Notes: generated by a model from the letters alone, not told the origin. Shown: positions 45,170-56,094, counted from the first letter of the stretch. The stretch: DNA of 64,000 nucleotides from Candidatus Dormiibacterota bacterium (GCA_963718525.1 OY970355.1:1760001-1824000), one strand, 5' to 3'. A program made the numbers and translations.

Positions 45170-45822
45170 TTCCGGGACTAGACGTTGCGATAATCGGCGC
45201 GGGTGGATTCGGCCGGGAAGTTCTACAGTATTGCCGAGACGCTATCGACGTCGGTTGGCCTCATCGAGTCGTGGGTTTCATCGATGACCGCTCTGACGTG
45301 CTCCAACAGTTCGATGTATCCGTCCCGGTCGTCGGCGGACTCACGGACGTTGGAAGAGTCGACGCGCGAGCCTTCATCATCGCGATGGGCGACCCCATTT
45401 TGAGACGCAGAATGGCCGACGTCGTTGCCGACACTGGCGGCATTTTGGTTTCGTTGATTCACCCAACTGCATACTTGTCACCCACTGCGCAGATCGGCAG
45501 CGGTACGTTGCTCTGCCCATACAGTCTGATAGCGGCCAATTCCACTTTGGGATCGAACGTCGCGGTCAACGTCTATGCCTCCGTGGGTCACGACGCCCGT
45601 GTTGGAGACCACTGCGTGATCTCGTCATACTCGGCGGTGACTGGAGCGGTGTCTCTGGGTAGCGAGTCCTTTTTGGGCACTCACTGCACGATTACCCCCG
45701 GAAGGACAATCGGCCGCCGCAGCAAGGTCTCCGCCGGCTCGACTGTCACGCGCGACGCACCGGCCGGGTCGTTGCTTGTTGGGAACCCGGCCAAGGGTCG
45801 GGTCATGTATCCGGTGAATTGA
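45166..45822 (+). CDS. NeuD/PglD-family hexapeptide-repeat sugar acyltransferase
   Basis: IIGAGGFGRE, GFIDD, LIHPTA, SVGHD, VGNPAK. Confidence 0.9.
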   Translation: MIPGLDVAIIGAGGFGREVLQYCRDAIDVGWPHRVVGFIDDRSDVLQQFDVSVPVVGGLTDVGRVDARAFIIAMGDPILRRRMADVVADTGGILVSLIHPTAYLSPTAQIGSGTLLCPYSLIAANSTLGSNVAVNVYASVGHDARVGDHCVISSYSAVTGAVSLGSESFLGTHCTITPGRTIGRRSKVSAGSTVTRDAPAGSLLVGNPAKGRVMYPVN

Positions 45823-46227
45823 TCGACCTCCGGATGGACGTCGAGTTGATCGCGATAGCGTTGGGGCGCCTCGGAGATATCCCTGGGGTGGGCGTGGATG
45901 TCGAAGCGATCGACCGGTTCACGAAGCCAGATGGGCGGCTCTTGACCGCTACGGAGTTGGCGTATTGTGCCGCCCAGGCTGAACCGGCCCAGAGTTCGGG
46001 CCGGCCGTTGGTGCGCCAAGGAAGCAGTGTCGAAGGCGTGCGCTAAGTACTTGCAGTTGGCCCTGCGCGAGATCGAGATCCGTTCTGACCCTTCTGGCCG
46101 ACCGGTCGTCGTGCTTCCGGACAGAGCGACCGAAGTTGGGCTTGCGGCCGAAGTGTCGATCGCCCACGCAGCCGGAGCGGCCATAGCAGTAGCGGTCGCC
46201 GGGGTTCGACCAAATGCCGAGTGCTGA
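45819..46227 (+). CDS. acpS: Holo-ACP synthase (phosphopantetheinyl transferase), frameshifted near 45997
   Basis: GVGVDVEAIDRF...ELAYC in one frame; AGRWCAKEAVSKA...SGRP...VSIAH in the next. Confidence 0.82.
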
Positions 46228-46373
46228 GACCTGCGGATCGTCGGCGCAGTTGAGTGCGGGTGCACTGGTGGGAGCTATCACCGTGCGTGTCGGGCATGCG
46301 CTTGACTTGCTACCACAACCGGATCGTCTGTGAAGGCTACGACTACGCGGTGTTCCGCCCTTCGCCGCCCCGA

Positions 46374-47597
46374 ATGCTAGCCGCCACCGCCGTGCACGAA
46401 GAGCGTTCACCACGCGCCCGGGTCCTCATCGCCGTGACAGTTCCCGCATTTGCCGACGTGCTGATGCGAGGCCAGTTTGCATGGCTGAAGAAGCGGGGCT
46501 GGGATATCACGCTGGTCTCCTCTCCAGGACCTGAGCTAGCGACGGTGGCGCGGCGAGAAGGAGTCGCGGTCGAAGAGCTCTCAATGTCTAGATACATCTC
46601 CCTGGCCTCGGATCTGCGAGCGTTGTGGTCGTTCATCTCTCTTCTGCGCCGCCGCCGTCCGCAGCTCACGCATGTGAACACTCCAAAGGCCGGCTTCATA
46701 GGGGAACTCGCCAGCGTTCTGACAGGCGTCCCGTGCCGCGTTTACACACTTATGGGGCTGCGCCTCGAGACCGCTCGCGGTTTTCAGCGAGCCGTGCTGT
46801 GGTTCACTGAGTGGGTGGCATGTCGCTGTGCCCATGTCGTGATTGCTGTTAGCCCGAGCCTCGCTGAGCGGGCCGTCGCAGTGGGCGTCGTGCGACGCCG
46901 AAAGGTGCTGACGTTTGGTCTTGGCAGCAACAACGGTGTCGACGCCGCACGGTTCATCCCAACGCCCGAGCGGATCGCCATGGCCAATCGGCAACGGCGT
47001 GCGTGGGGGATCGTTGCTGAGGCCCCGGTGATCGGATTCGTGGGACGAATTGTGGACGACAAGGGTATCAAGGAGTTGATCGAGGCGTTCCAAGTCGTCC
47101 GCGCGGCGCGTCCTGACGCTCAGTTGCTGATGGTCGGCGGCATTGAGCCCGGGCTGTCCGCAACAACGCAAGCGACCCTCGACTCACCGGGGATCGTCGT
47201 CACAAATTTGCTAGAGGACACGAACATCGCTCACCTCGTTATTGATGTCCTGGTGCTGCCGACTTATCGCGAGGGCTTTCCCAACGTCCCGCTTGAAGCC
47301 GCCGCCGCTGAACGCCCAGTTGTGACCACGACTGCGACCGGGGCCGTCAACTCCGTCATCGACGGCAAGACGGGCCTCCTCGTGCCCCCCGGCGACCCGG
47401 ATTCGCTCGCGAAGGCAATCCTGATGCTGATCGAAAACCCGGAGCGTGCTCGGACTATGGGGCGGGCGGGACGCCAGTGGGTCGAGAGCGAGTTCCGGCA
47501 AGAGCGGATCTGGCAGGATATTGAAAACACTTACGTCCGGCTGCTGACCGATCGCTCTGGTAGAGGTGGATTGTCTAGTACTCGACGCTCGCCATGA
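46374..47597 (+). CDS. GT4 glycosyltransferase (PglA/CapM-like)
   Basis: HVNTPKAG, GFVGRIVDDKG, LPTYREGFPNVPLEA, DGKTGLLVP. Confidence 0.9.
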   Translation: MLAATAVHEERSPRARVLIAVTVPAFADVLMRGQFAWLKKRGWDITLVSSPGPELATVARREGVAVEELSMSRYISLASDLRALWSFISLLRRRRPQLTHVNTPKAGFIGELASVLTGVPCRVYTLMGLRLETARGFQRAVLWFTEWVACRCAHVVIAVSPSLAERAVAVGVVRRRKVLTFGLGSNNGVDAARFIPTPERIAMANRQRRAWGIVAEAPVIGFVGRIVDDKGIKELIEAFQVVRAARPDAQLLMVGGIEPGLSATTQATLDSPGIVVTNLLEDTNIAHLVIDVLVLPTYREGFPNVPLEAAAAERPVVTTTATGAVNSVIDGKTGLLVPPGDPDSLAKAILMLIENPERARTMGRAGRQWVESEFRQERIWQDIENTYVRLLTDRSGRGGLSSTRRSP

Positions 47598-48230
47598 ACG
47601 GGGCGATTAGTGACGCAACGAGCACTGTCGATGTCGTCGTCGTGAATTGGAATTCTGGCGAGCACTTAGCACGCGCCCTCGCGTCATTGCTGGCGGGTGA
47701 GAGGCCCGACTCGCCTCTTTGCGTAGTGGTCGTCGATAACGCCTCGAGCGACAGAGTGCTTCAACTGGCTTGCCAAGCCCGCCCGGGGGTGAAGGTGGTG
47801 GCCAACCAGCGGGACGTTGGGTTCGCCGCAGCGTGCAATCAAGGGTTCCAGTCGGTTTCGGCCGACTTCATTTTGTGCAGTTTGGCACGGATATTCGTGG
47901 ACGCTATGCGATCTGTGGAATCAACCTCGTCAATGATCAAGGATACCCAGGAGCGTCTTGTGCTCGCTTTCCAACCGCGTCATCGCTGGTTGCATGGTCA
48001 CTCGGCCTGGATCGTATACTCGGGCGGCTCGTCCCGTCACACTTCCTCACCTCAGAAGAGCTCAAGGCGAATCGCGAAGTGCAGCAGGTTATCAGCGCCT
48101 CTTTCATGGTACGACGCACAGCGTTCGAGGCACTCGGAGGCTTCCACGAGCGCTTCTTCATGTACTACGAAGAGGTGGACTCTCCTTGCGGGCGGCTCAA
48201 GCCGGATACGTCGCACTACTTGCCGCCGCC
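47594..48230 (+). pseudogene. GT2 glycosyltransferase, frameshifted and truncated by an IS remnant
   Basis: VVVVNWNS, VVVVDNASSD, GFAAACNQG; second frame FEALGGFHERFFMYYEEVD; third frame LRAAQAGY. Confidence 0.8.
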
Positions 48231-48522
48231 ATCCGCGACTGGTGCCGAGCCCACGGCACCGGCACCGCCTACAACGAACCCGGAAGTCCGCGGCAGAACC
48301 CGTACGTCGAAAGCTTCAACGGCTGGCTCCGCGACGAGCTCGTCTCGCGCGAAGTGTTCGACACCATCACCGACGCGCAGTTGCCCTTCAACGACTGGTG
48401 CGACACCTACAATCGCCACCGGCCCCACAGCTCGCTTGGCTACCTGCCGCCCGCAATCTTCGCGGCGACGCTCCATCAACCTCACCTCTCATAGACCGTG
48501 GCCAACAAACGGGGACCGGCTA
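48230..48522 (+). mobile_element. IS3-family remnant: transposase (rve) C-terminus and right end
   Basis: EPGSPRQNPYVESFNGWLRDE...YNRHRPHSSLGYLPP; terminal-repeat-like CTCTCATAGACCGTGG...AACGGGGACCGG at 48486-48522. Confidence 0.82.
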
Positions 48523-49307
48523 CCTTGACGAGATGAACGACACGCATCCGCGACGGCGAGGCTCCCGTGCTTCGTGGGTCCCGGCGGCGTTCAACCACGT
48601 CCCAAGACGATGTCGCGCGGGCCACGCTGCCCGCCGCGATGCAGCAGCACGCCGCGAGCACTCGTGCTCAGCCGGTGGATATCGCAATGTCGGCGCACCG
48701 AGAAATGTGCGCTCCAGTTGCGCCGCGTTCGCAGAGATCGACACCTTCCGAGAACCTATGCTTCGCCATCGAGGCCGCGCCAATCAGCATTCAAGCGACC
48801 GTCCCCCGTCGGACGCGCAAGGACCTCTTGCTCGCTTCAGGCTCTGCAGTCGCCAGGCGGAAGCGTGTTACCTCACCGACGCTTCTGCGTTCGACGGTCC
48901 AATGTGCCTGCCTTAACAAGGCGCGTAGCCAGGCGGCGCACAGATGGGACGTGTTCAATCAGGGCATCAGCGATGTTGTCCTCGCTTTGCACGCTGGCGG
49001 GAGTCGCCGTTTGGCCTGCCCGGTCGTTGCGCAGCGGCCGCCTGGCGTCGCGATACCCGGCCCGCATGGTCGCTAAGTGCGCCGCCCTCGTCTCGGCGGC
49101 CGCCCGCGCTTTGAGCGGGGAGGCATACTGATTCGTCATGAGCCCTGCCGTCAGATCTGTATACGCGTCTCGGCGAGGGTGGCTGGCCAAAAGAGCCTAT
49201 AAACTCCTCTCAGAGTTGGCGGCTCTGGCGACCCGCCAAGTAGCCCGGGGTGATCCAGTGGTGGCGTTGACGCCTGCTTCCGGGCGAACAGGAGGCGTAG
49301 TTAACGG

Positions 49308-50831
49308 TTGACGCGCCTCATCGTCAACTCGCCAGAGTGGGTCGAGCACAGAGTCATGTCGCGCCGACAAGCGGCACTCGTCGCGCACGTTGTTGTTTCA
49401 GCCGTACTGTCTGGTGTCACGCTGGTTGGGGCGGCTGAATTCCCAGTGGGGCCAGCGCTCGTTTGGTGGGACTGCTTGATGCTTTCCCTCATAAGTATCT
49501 GGCTTGTCGTCTCGTGGCGATTTGCACGCGGCAGTCTCTTCAATCCATATGGGCTGTTCTTGTTTTCTACGCTTGCTTTCAACGCTGGGCAAGTACCCCT
49601 CCAAGTGTTCGGCCTGAACGACAACGGACTCCTGCGGGGTCAATTCACAGCCTATGAGTTACACGCGTCGCTACTCTTCATTGGAGCATGCCTGATCGGT
49701 CTGCAGTTAGGTGCCCTCTTGCGCCTTCAGCTCTCAGGAGCACCGCTGACCGATGGTGGCTCGGTACGAGGCGTGGCGGGCGACGCGGCCGCATGTCGGC
49801 GAGTCGGTCTGGTGATGCTGTGCGTCGGCGCAGTACCGGCCTTCATAGTCCTGACGCGCTCTGTCGGCCTCGCCAACCTAGGTGGTTACATCGCGATTTA
49901 TGCACAACAGGCGAGTACGAGCTTTGATGCTGCGCCGCAAGTTCTAGCTTCGTTCCTACTCCCTGGTGCTTTCTTTCTTCTAGCCGGCAGCGAGCGAGCC
50001 CGCCGCTGGGTGTATCTATCCGGCGCGATCGTAATCGTATACATGTCACTTCACTTGTATATCGGCGACCGGGCGAACGCGTTTCTGCCAGTCATCGCAT
50101 GGCTGTGGATCTACACGAACGTAGTGAGGAGACTCCCGGGGAGGTTGCTCCTAATCGGGGCTATTGTGACTGTCATTGTGATATTTCCGGTGGTTGGTCA
50201 GCTCCGGAACCTTACTGCAAGCGGCAGAGTAGAGCTAGGCGTTGTCGCGGCCTTTCAGTCGGTAAACAACCCCGTACTTGCGACCGTGTCGGAGACAGGG
50301 GGGTCAATGGAAACCGTCGTAGCGACGATGATACTGATACCAGAGCGTCGGCCGTTCGATGTCGGAGTGGGGTATGCATACGCCCTCCTGACTATCGTGC
50401 CCAATCTCTTCTGGGCAGTCCATCCGTCGATAGCGCATGGCAGCTACGACGATTGGCTGGTCGCCGTTTTTGCCCCGACTGTTGCCGCAGCCCACGGGGG
50501 ATTGGGCTTCTCCTATCTCGCCGAGGCATACGCGAACTTCGGATGGCTGGGTTTCACTATTCCATTCATTTTGGGATTCATGGTGGTGTGGCTGGAAGAT
50601 TGGGCCCGCGGACGCGGAGTCAACTCCCGCTACGCAGCCGTCGGTGCCTGCTTGCCCGCGCTGTTGTTCTGGGCACGAGCCGAAGCGTCGTTTGAGATTC
50701 GCACCTTCATTTGGTACGCTGCCATCCCATTCTTTGCTGTCATGCTGCTTTCGAGGCGCTCGCGCCGGGTGGATAGAATTGCGGTAGAAGCACTACAATC
50801 GAGCCGTAGCAGCGTCGGCCCCGGCATATGA
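49308..50831 (+). CDS. wzy: Wzy-type polysaccharide polymerase
   Basis: ~11-12 TMs, GDR motif, large loop ending GLGFSYLAEAYANFG; inside a polysaccharide locus. Confidence 0.82.
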   Translation: MTRLIVNSPEWVEHRVMSRRQAALVAHVVVSAVLSGVTLVGAAEFPVGPALVWWDCLMLSLISIWLVVSWRFARGSLFNPYGLFLFSTLAFNAGQVPLQVFGLNDNGLLRGQFTAYELHASLLFIGACLIGLQLGALLRLQLSGAPLTDGGSVRGVAGDAAACRRVGLVMLCVGAVPAFIVLTRSVGLANLGGYIAIYAQQASTSFDAAPQVLASFLLPGAFFLLAGSERARRWVYLSGAIVIVYMSLHLYIGDRANAFLPVIAWLWIYTNVVRRLPGRLLLIGAIVTVIVIFPVVGQLRNLTASGRVELGVVAAFQSVNNPVLATVSETGGSMETVVATMILIPERRPFDVGVGYAYALLTIVPNLFWAVHPSIAHGSYDDWLVAVFAPTVAAAHGGLGFSYLAEAYANFGWLGFTIPFILGFMVVWLEDWARGRGVNSRYAAVGACLPALLFWARAEASFEIRTFIWYAAIPFFAVMLLSRRSRRVDRIAVEALQSSRSSVGPGI

Positions 50832-50841
50832 TGGCGACGCC

Positions 50842-51480
50842 TCACTGACATATCGAAAGTCCCGTCGAACCGTTCCGTCTCCTAAAATGTTCAAGGGCTC
50901 GTTCGATAGAAGGGGGTGTAGAAACGCCGCGACCACACCCTGACCTCGGTCCGGGGGCTGCCCCTCGCGTAGACGTTAGAGCACCGCAGGACGTTCGATT
51001 GGATTCCGTAAAGTTGTTAATACGTCGAGATGTGCTTCTCGGAGGCAACTTTGAGAGTCCATAAGACGTGACTGGATTCGTGGGGTCCGACTCGACGACC
51101 AGATGCTGTGAGTGCGTCCGTAGATGGTCCCCCGGACGAAACGAATGTGAGCCGCTCTCAGGGTGTTGTCGAAGGGCTCCGGGAATTGTAAGCAACGGAC
51201 GCAGCGCTAGGTGAATATCGCGAACGGCTCCAGGTTCGACTGTGCCGGGAACAACCCACCAGCGCGGTAGATCACGTGACGCATTCCGCGGCAATGCCCC
51301 ATCGACGGCGCGGTGATCCGAGGCGTCGGCGATAATGACCTGCGCGTCGGAGACGCGCCCCTCCGAGTCCGGCGAGCGGGAGCGCGTGGGTACAGCAGTA
51401 TCGAAGCCTGTGCCGCTCAGCGACGGAACTGCATTGAAACCGATGAAACCATTTCCGACGACCAGCACGCGTTCTGCCAT
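50842..51480 (-). pseudogene. NAD-dependent epimerase/dehydratase, multiply frameshifted and truncated
   Basis: VLVVGNGFIG and ESDPTNPVTSYGLSK separated by out-of-frame segments. Confidence 0.7.
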
Positions 51481-52142
51481 GTGCGAACCTGGCGGGCCTG
51501 CTGGTCAGAGCGTCGAGGTCTCTCACCAATTGCAGGCACAAATCGCTCAGCCATCGCTTGTCCCCTTGCCAGCGGTGTCAGCCTGACCGATCGCGACGGC
51601 GTGAGCTCGTTGAGACTAGGCGATTCGTCATGCGTGAACGCTCGACAGTGCTATTCTGGGCGACGCACCGCACCATGCGAAATATGTTTGCGCTGGAGCC
51701 TCATGTCTACTCCGCCCGAGGCAGGCGCGACGTTCTCGGTATCCGGCAGCCTCGAGGACGGCGCCCTGCTCCACCGCCACGCAGGTGGCAGCATCGAGGG
51801 AACACTCTCGGTACGGCGTTCGAACCTGCTGTCAGTAAAGCTGGATTTTTCATAATTCCGCCGACCTCGCGTCGACAGAGCGAATGAACCAGGGAGGCAC
51901 GACACAAGGTGCGGCGACCCATATGTGGCTCTCTGCTATTGGGCGAGCGAGCTTGGCTACCCTTGCGCAGATAGGAAGATGTTCGCGGTGTTGGCCACAT
52001 GCCCAGAAGCGTACAGGCGTGAGCCACGTAAGTGCAGCATGAAGAATCGCCTTCGCCGTTCCGCTTCGCCGCCCGCGCCCTCGAGGATAAACGCTCGGTG
52101 AAGTCGCGCAGGCCTAAGAGTACAAGACATGGGTTCGCATCG

Positions 52143-53399
52143 ATGCGTATCAATGCAGCGATGAACCTGTTAGGGGCCGCGACCTATAGCTTAGGTCAAT
52201 GGGGGATTCTTGTCGTCATTGCCAAGTGGGATGGGGCCAGTGCAGTCGGTACCTACGCGTTAGGGCTGGCTGCAGCGGCACCCATCGTGCTCTTCACCAA
52301 CCTGAACTTAGCCGGTGTACTTGCCACCGATGCTCGCCACGACCTGACCTTCGGCGACTATCTCAGTCTTCGTCTCATGTCAACATCGCTCGCCTTGGCC
52401 ACGATAGCGGGAGTCGCGGGCTGGATGTTTTCGTCGGGCCGACTGGTTGCTGCAGTTGTTCTAGTCGTCGGCTTGGCAAAGGCCGTGGACGCTGTGGCCG
52501 ACATATTCTACGGCCGGTGCCAACAGTTCGAGCGCACCTGGCCAGTTGCCGCCGGTATGTTCACAAATGGCGCTGTCTCTCTCGTTGCCGTAGTGGTCGC
52601 CACCATCCTCACCCGAAATGTTATCGCGGCGGCCATTGCGTCGGCTGGCGGCTCGTCGGTGGCCATGCTAGTAGCCATCTATCTCACCCGGAGATCTCAA
52701 AACGACGATCCGTCTCGTAGCGAGAGTTCGCGTCCGCGCCTGGTAGCCGCCAACCTAGTGGGACTCGTGAAGATCGCACTGCCCTTGGGGGTAGTTATGT
52801 GCTTGATATCCTTGAACGCCAACATCCCCCGGTACTTCATTGCGCAACTCCTTGGCCCCGGCACCCTAGGTGGATTTGCGGTCGTCGCCTCCATCCAGTT
52901 GCTTGTTGTCACTGTGCTGTCGGCTGTCGGCCAATCTTTCGCCCCACGGATGGCGAAGGCGTTTGAAGCACATCGGAGAAGCGACTTCGTCAAACTGCTT
53001 TATCAGTTGCTCGCCATCGCGCTGGCGCTCAGCTCCGCCCTACTTGCGATCAGTCTAATTGTCGGAAAGCAACTGCTAGCGCTCCTGTTCCGGCCCGAGT
53101 ACACGCAGTATCAGGGGCTCCTAATCCTCCTCAGCGCCGTTACCCTGGTGGGCAGCGTTTCAATGTGTTTGGGCTTCGCCGCCACCGCGGCGCGCTCATT
53201 CGTCAAGCAAGCACCTGTGTACCTTGCGACTTCAATCGCCATAGCCGTCGGCTGTGCGGTGCTCATTCCAAGGGTCGGAATCACCGGCTCCGCGTGGGCC
53301 ATGTTCATCGGTTCCGCCATATCCACGACCGGCAGCTTCCTGATCGTTTTCGATCGACTGCGATTGATTCCCCCAGTCACTGCGGCGGTGCCATCGTGA
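52143..53399 (+). CDS. wzx: Wzx-type oligosaccharide flippase
   Basis: ~12 TMs; VGTYALGLA, ALPLG...SLNANIPRYFI...LGGF. Confidence 0.85.
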   Translation: MRINAAMNLLGAATYSLGQWGILVVIAKWDGASAVGTYALGLAAAAPIVLFTNLNLAGVLATDARHDLTFGDYLSLRLMSTSLALATIAGVAGWMFSSGRLVAAVVLVVGLAKAVDAVADIFYGRCQQFERTWPVAAGMFTNGAVSLVAVVVATILTRNVIAAAIASAGGSSVAMLVAIYLTRRSQNDDPSRSESSRPRLVAANLVGLVKIALPLGVVMCLISLNANIPRYFIAQLLGPGTLGGFAVVASIQLLVVTVLSAVGQSFAPRMAKAFEAHRRSDFVKLLYQLLAIALALSSALLAISLIVGKQLLALLFRPEYTQYQGLLILLSAVTLVGSVSMCLGFAATAARSFVKQAPVYLATSIAIAVGCAVLIPRVGITGSAWAMFIGSAISTTGSFLIVFDRLRLIPPVTAAVPS

Positions 53400-54550
53400 T
53401 TCGCGTGCTGCACGTTGTGGGTGGGCTCGGGTTAGGTGGCGTCGAGCAATGGCTCGTGCAGGTCATGCGCGCGATAGACCGGGATCGCTTTCAGTTCGAT
53501 TTTGTCGTGCATCAGGACGCCGAAGGGATGCATCTCGGGGCCGCGCGCGACCTAGGCGCGCGCGTAGAGGTGATTTCTCTTGCCGACGAGCATCGGGGGA
53601 GCTTGAGACGCGCCGTTCGCACTGCTCAATACGGGCGTGATCTGCTGCGTATTCTCCAGATGCGCCATTACGACGTCGTTCATGCGCATCAACACCACTT
53701 CAGCAGTTTCGCGGTCCTCGCAGCCAAGAAAGCTTCGGTTCCGATCAGGATCGTTCAAAGCCACACCGATACAGGCCCTGTGGATCGGCGAGCGGCCTTG
53801 GCTCGCCGCGCGTACTTGCTGGCTGCGGGCGTTTGCATCCGCAGGTACTCGACTGGTCAGCTAGCGGCGAATGAGTTGGCCGCGCGATCCTTGTTCGGGA
53901 GGCGTTGGCGTGCAGAATGCCGGATCCTTTACTACGGGACTGATGTCCGGCGATTTGTCGAGAGCGCCGACCAACACGAGTATCGGAGGGCGCTGGGGCT
54001 CGCTCCGGACGCTTGGGTCGTTGGACACGCGGGCCGCTTTGTCGAGCTGAAGAATCATCGGTTTCTGCTGAGGATCGCAGCGGAACTCGCGCTCATCGAG
54101 CCGCGCTTCCACCTGCTTCTTGTAGGGGATGGACCGCTGCATGGTGAAATGATCAACCAAGCGAATGAGTATGGCCTGTCGGAACGTGTCACGTTTCTCG
54201 GTAGCCGGCGAGACGTTCCAGAACTCATGGTGAACGCGATGGACGCGTATCTGATGCCCTCCTTGTATGAAGGACTCCCAATCGCGGTCGTCGAGGCTCA
54301 GGCTGCGGGCCTTCCTTGCTTGGTCTCCAGTTCCGTCTCGGCGGAGACCAAGGCCGTGCCAGGTCTGTTTAGGCAGCTGTCGCTAACCGCTTCTCCATCG
54401 ACTTGGGCCGCCGAATTGCACGCTTTTCGGCCGGTGGTTGACCGTAAGGTGGCGCTAGAGCAGGTCGAGCGCGGACCATTCAACATAGCCAATAGTGCGC
54501 GAGCTTTAACATCATTCTATGAGGAACAACGGTGCCATCTCGGCACTTGA
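53396..54550 (+). CDS. GT4 glycosyltransferase (EpsF-like)
   Basis: RVLHVVGGLGLGGVE, HAGRFVELKNH, PSLYEGLPIAVVEAQAAGLP. Confidence 0.9.
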   Translation: MIRVLHVVGGLGLGGVEQWLVQVMRAIDRDRFQFDFVVHQDAEGMHLGAARDLGARVEVISLADEHRGSLRRAVRTAQYGRDLLRILQMRHYDVVHAHQHHFSSFAVLAAKKASVPIRIVQSHTDTGPVDRRAALARRAYLLAAGVCIRRYSTGQLAANELAARSLFGRRWRAECRILYYGTDVRRFVESADQHEYRRALGLAPDAWVVGHAGRFVELKNHRFLLRIAAELALIEPRFHLLLVGDGPLHGEMINQANEYGLSERVTFLGSRRDVPELMVNAMDAYLMPSLYEGLPIAVVEAQAAGLPCLVSSSVSAETKAVPGLFRQLSLTASPSTWAAELHAFRPVVDRKVALEQVERGPFNIANSARALTSFYEEQRCHLGT

Positions 54551-54927
54551 AGCCGGCGATAACGTGTCGACTGAGGCCCGCACGGGGCTCTATCGTGAAC
54601 GACAGCCAAGGTGGGAGTCCTTGTGCGCACTCCAGCAATCCGACCTATCGCACGTGCCGGAGGTGTGTATAGATGAAGCAGAGACGGGCGTACGCGCGCA
54701 CGGCGTCTTTGAGCGCCATCTAGGCACGCAGAGTGCTCCGGGCGCCTTGAGGGCGACAGGCAGGAAGCTCGATCGTGTAGGTAAACCGTCGATCTGGCCG
54801 GCGCCACTCGCGACACCGAATGCGTCACAGCCACAGCGTTGCACGAACTCCGCCAGCGCGCCACGAAATGTCGAGGTGTTTCTTCCGATGCTCGCGACGA
54901 AGAATACGCACGGGCGCGGTGGTTGCA

Positions 54928-55839
54928 TCACTCGGCACCTACCGCACCTTGGTTACGTGTCGCCGCGTCCCAGATTGAGCGCCAGGACGACCGCTCGACA
55001 TCACTGAGCGGCTGATACCTATGCACTAGGAGCGATTCTTCAGTGCCTGTCGTGATTGCGGCCACGTCGACGCTTGCACGCAAGAGTTGCGCGGGTATTG
55101 CGATGAGGGCGCCGCGATGATCTCCAAGACGCCACCTAATCTCGGCCAGATGGAGCGCCAAGTGCCGCCGCGCACGGAGTTGCTTGCGCATGCGGAGGCG
55201 GTTTTCGCGGTAGCCGACCAGAAGGTCGGGTGAGTTGGCATATCGGGCGGTCCGCGATGCCCGTGCGAGGAAATCTTGATCCTCGCACAAGCGCGCGGAT
55301 GGACGATACCGGAAGCGCCTGAAGAGAGCGGTCTTACCGAAGAAGGTCACGTGAGGCAATGCAAAGCCCCGATGGGGGTGCGCACAGATTTGTTCGTGCA
55401 TCAGCGGGCTCCTACGACAGCCGATCGCAACCCCCCCATCCCTGAAGATGAGGATGCTCCCACCCACGAGATCAAGTCTAGCGTCGGACACGATCCGTTC
55501 CAGTTGGATGGCGAAACGCTCCGGATACGCGATATCGTCCCCGTCCATCCTCGCAAAGAACTCTGTGTCAGTCCGCTCGATTACTTCGTTTAGCCGCACC
55601 GCGATTTCCTTGTGGTGTTGGTCGACGACTGCATGGATCCGTTTATCAACTCGAGCAGCCTCCATCGCCAAGTCGACAGTCCCATCGGTTGAGCCATCGT
55701 CAACAAGCTCGAGACTCCAGTTCTCGAAGGTTTGCGCCTGAATAGACGCCAAGCTGGCTGGGAGCGTGGCCTCGCAGTTCCACACAGGCATGGCGATAGT
55801 GACCGTGGGAGTAATCACAGGGTCTCGGCCATTTCGCAC
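54928..55839 (-). CDS. GT2 glycosyltransferase
   Basis: IAMPVWN, VDDGSTDGT, ARMDGDD, CEDQD. Confidence 0.88.
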   Translation of the reverse strand: MRNGRDPVITPTVTIAMPVWNCEATLPASLASIQAQTFENWSLELVDDGSTDGTVDLAMEAARVDKRIHAVVDQHHKEIAVRLNEVIERTDTEFFARMDGDDIAYPERFAIQLERIVSDARLDLVGGSILIFRDGGVAIGCRRSPLMHEQICAHPHRGFALPHVTFFGKTALFRRFRYRPSARLCEDQDFLARASRTARYANSPDLLVGYRENRLRMRKQLRARRHLALHLAEIRWRLGDHRGALIAIPAQLLRASVDVAAITTGTEESLLVHRYQPLSDVERSSWRSIWDAATRNQGAVGAE

Positions 55840-56094
55840 CGCCGCGTCGGTGAGTGGCGACTCGCTGATCGCTCGCGATACAACTCGTAATGAGAAAGGA
55901 GATCATCGGCGGCTTGGTCGATGTCGATGCGGCTGCCCAAGATGCGTCTTTTCCACTCTTCTCGAGTCATTTGAGGCTGTTCCGCTGCACGGGCCAACTC
56001 GCCGGCGCAGATCCGAGGATACGTTCCCGAGGAGCCCATGACGCAAGTTGGGGGGTCGCAGCATCCTCGTCGGTAAGTCTCGCGCGTGAACGCA

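Noticed and set aside
47594-48916. 440 aa ORF as a single glycosyltransferase
   Set aside because: Only the first ~95 aa are GT2-like; the rest reads out of frame through the pseudogene and IS remnant
48873-49190. Minus-strand ORF with an ECF region-2-like phrase (LIEHVPSVRRLATRLV)
   Set aside because: Similarity is too short and does not continue in any frame I could follow
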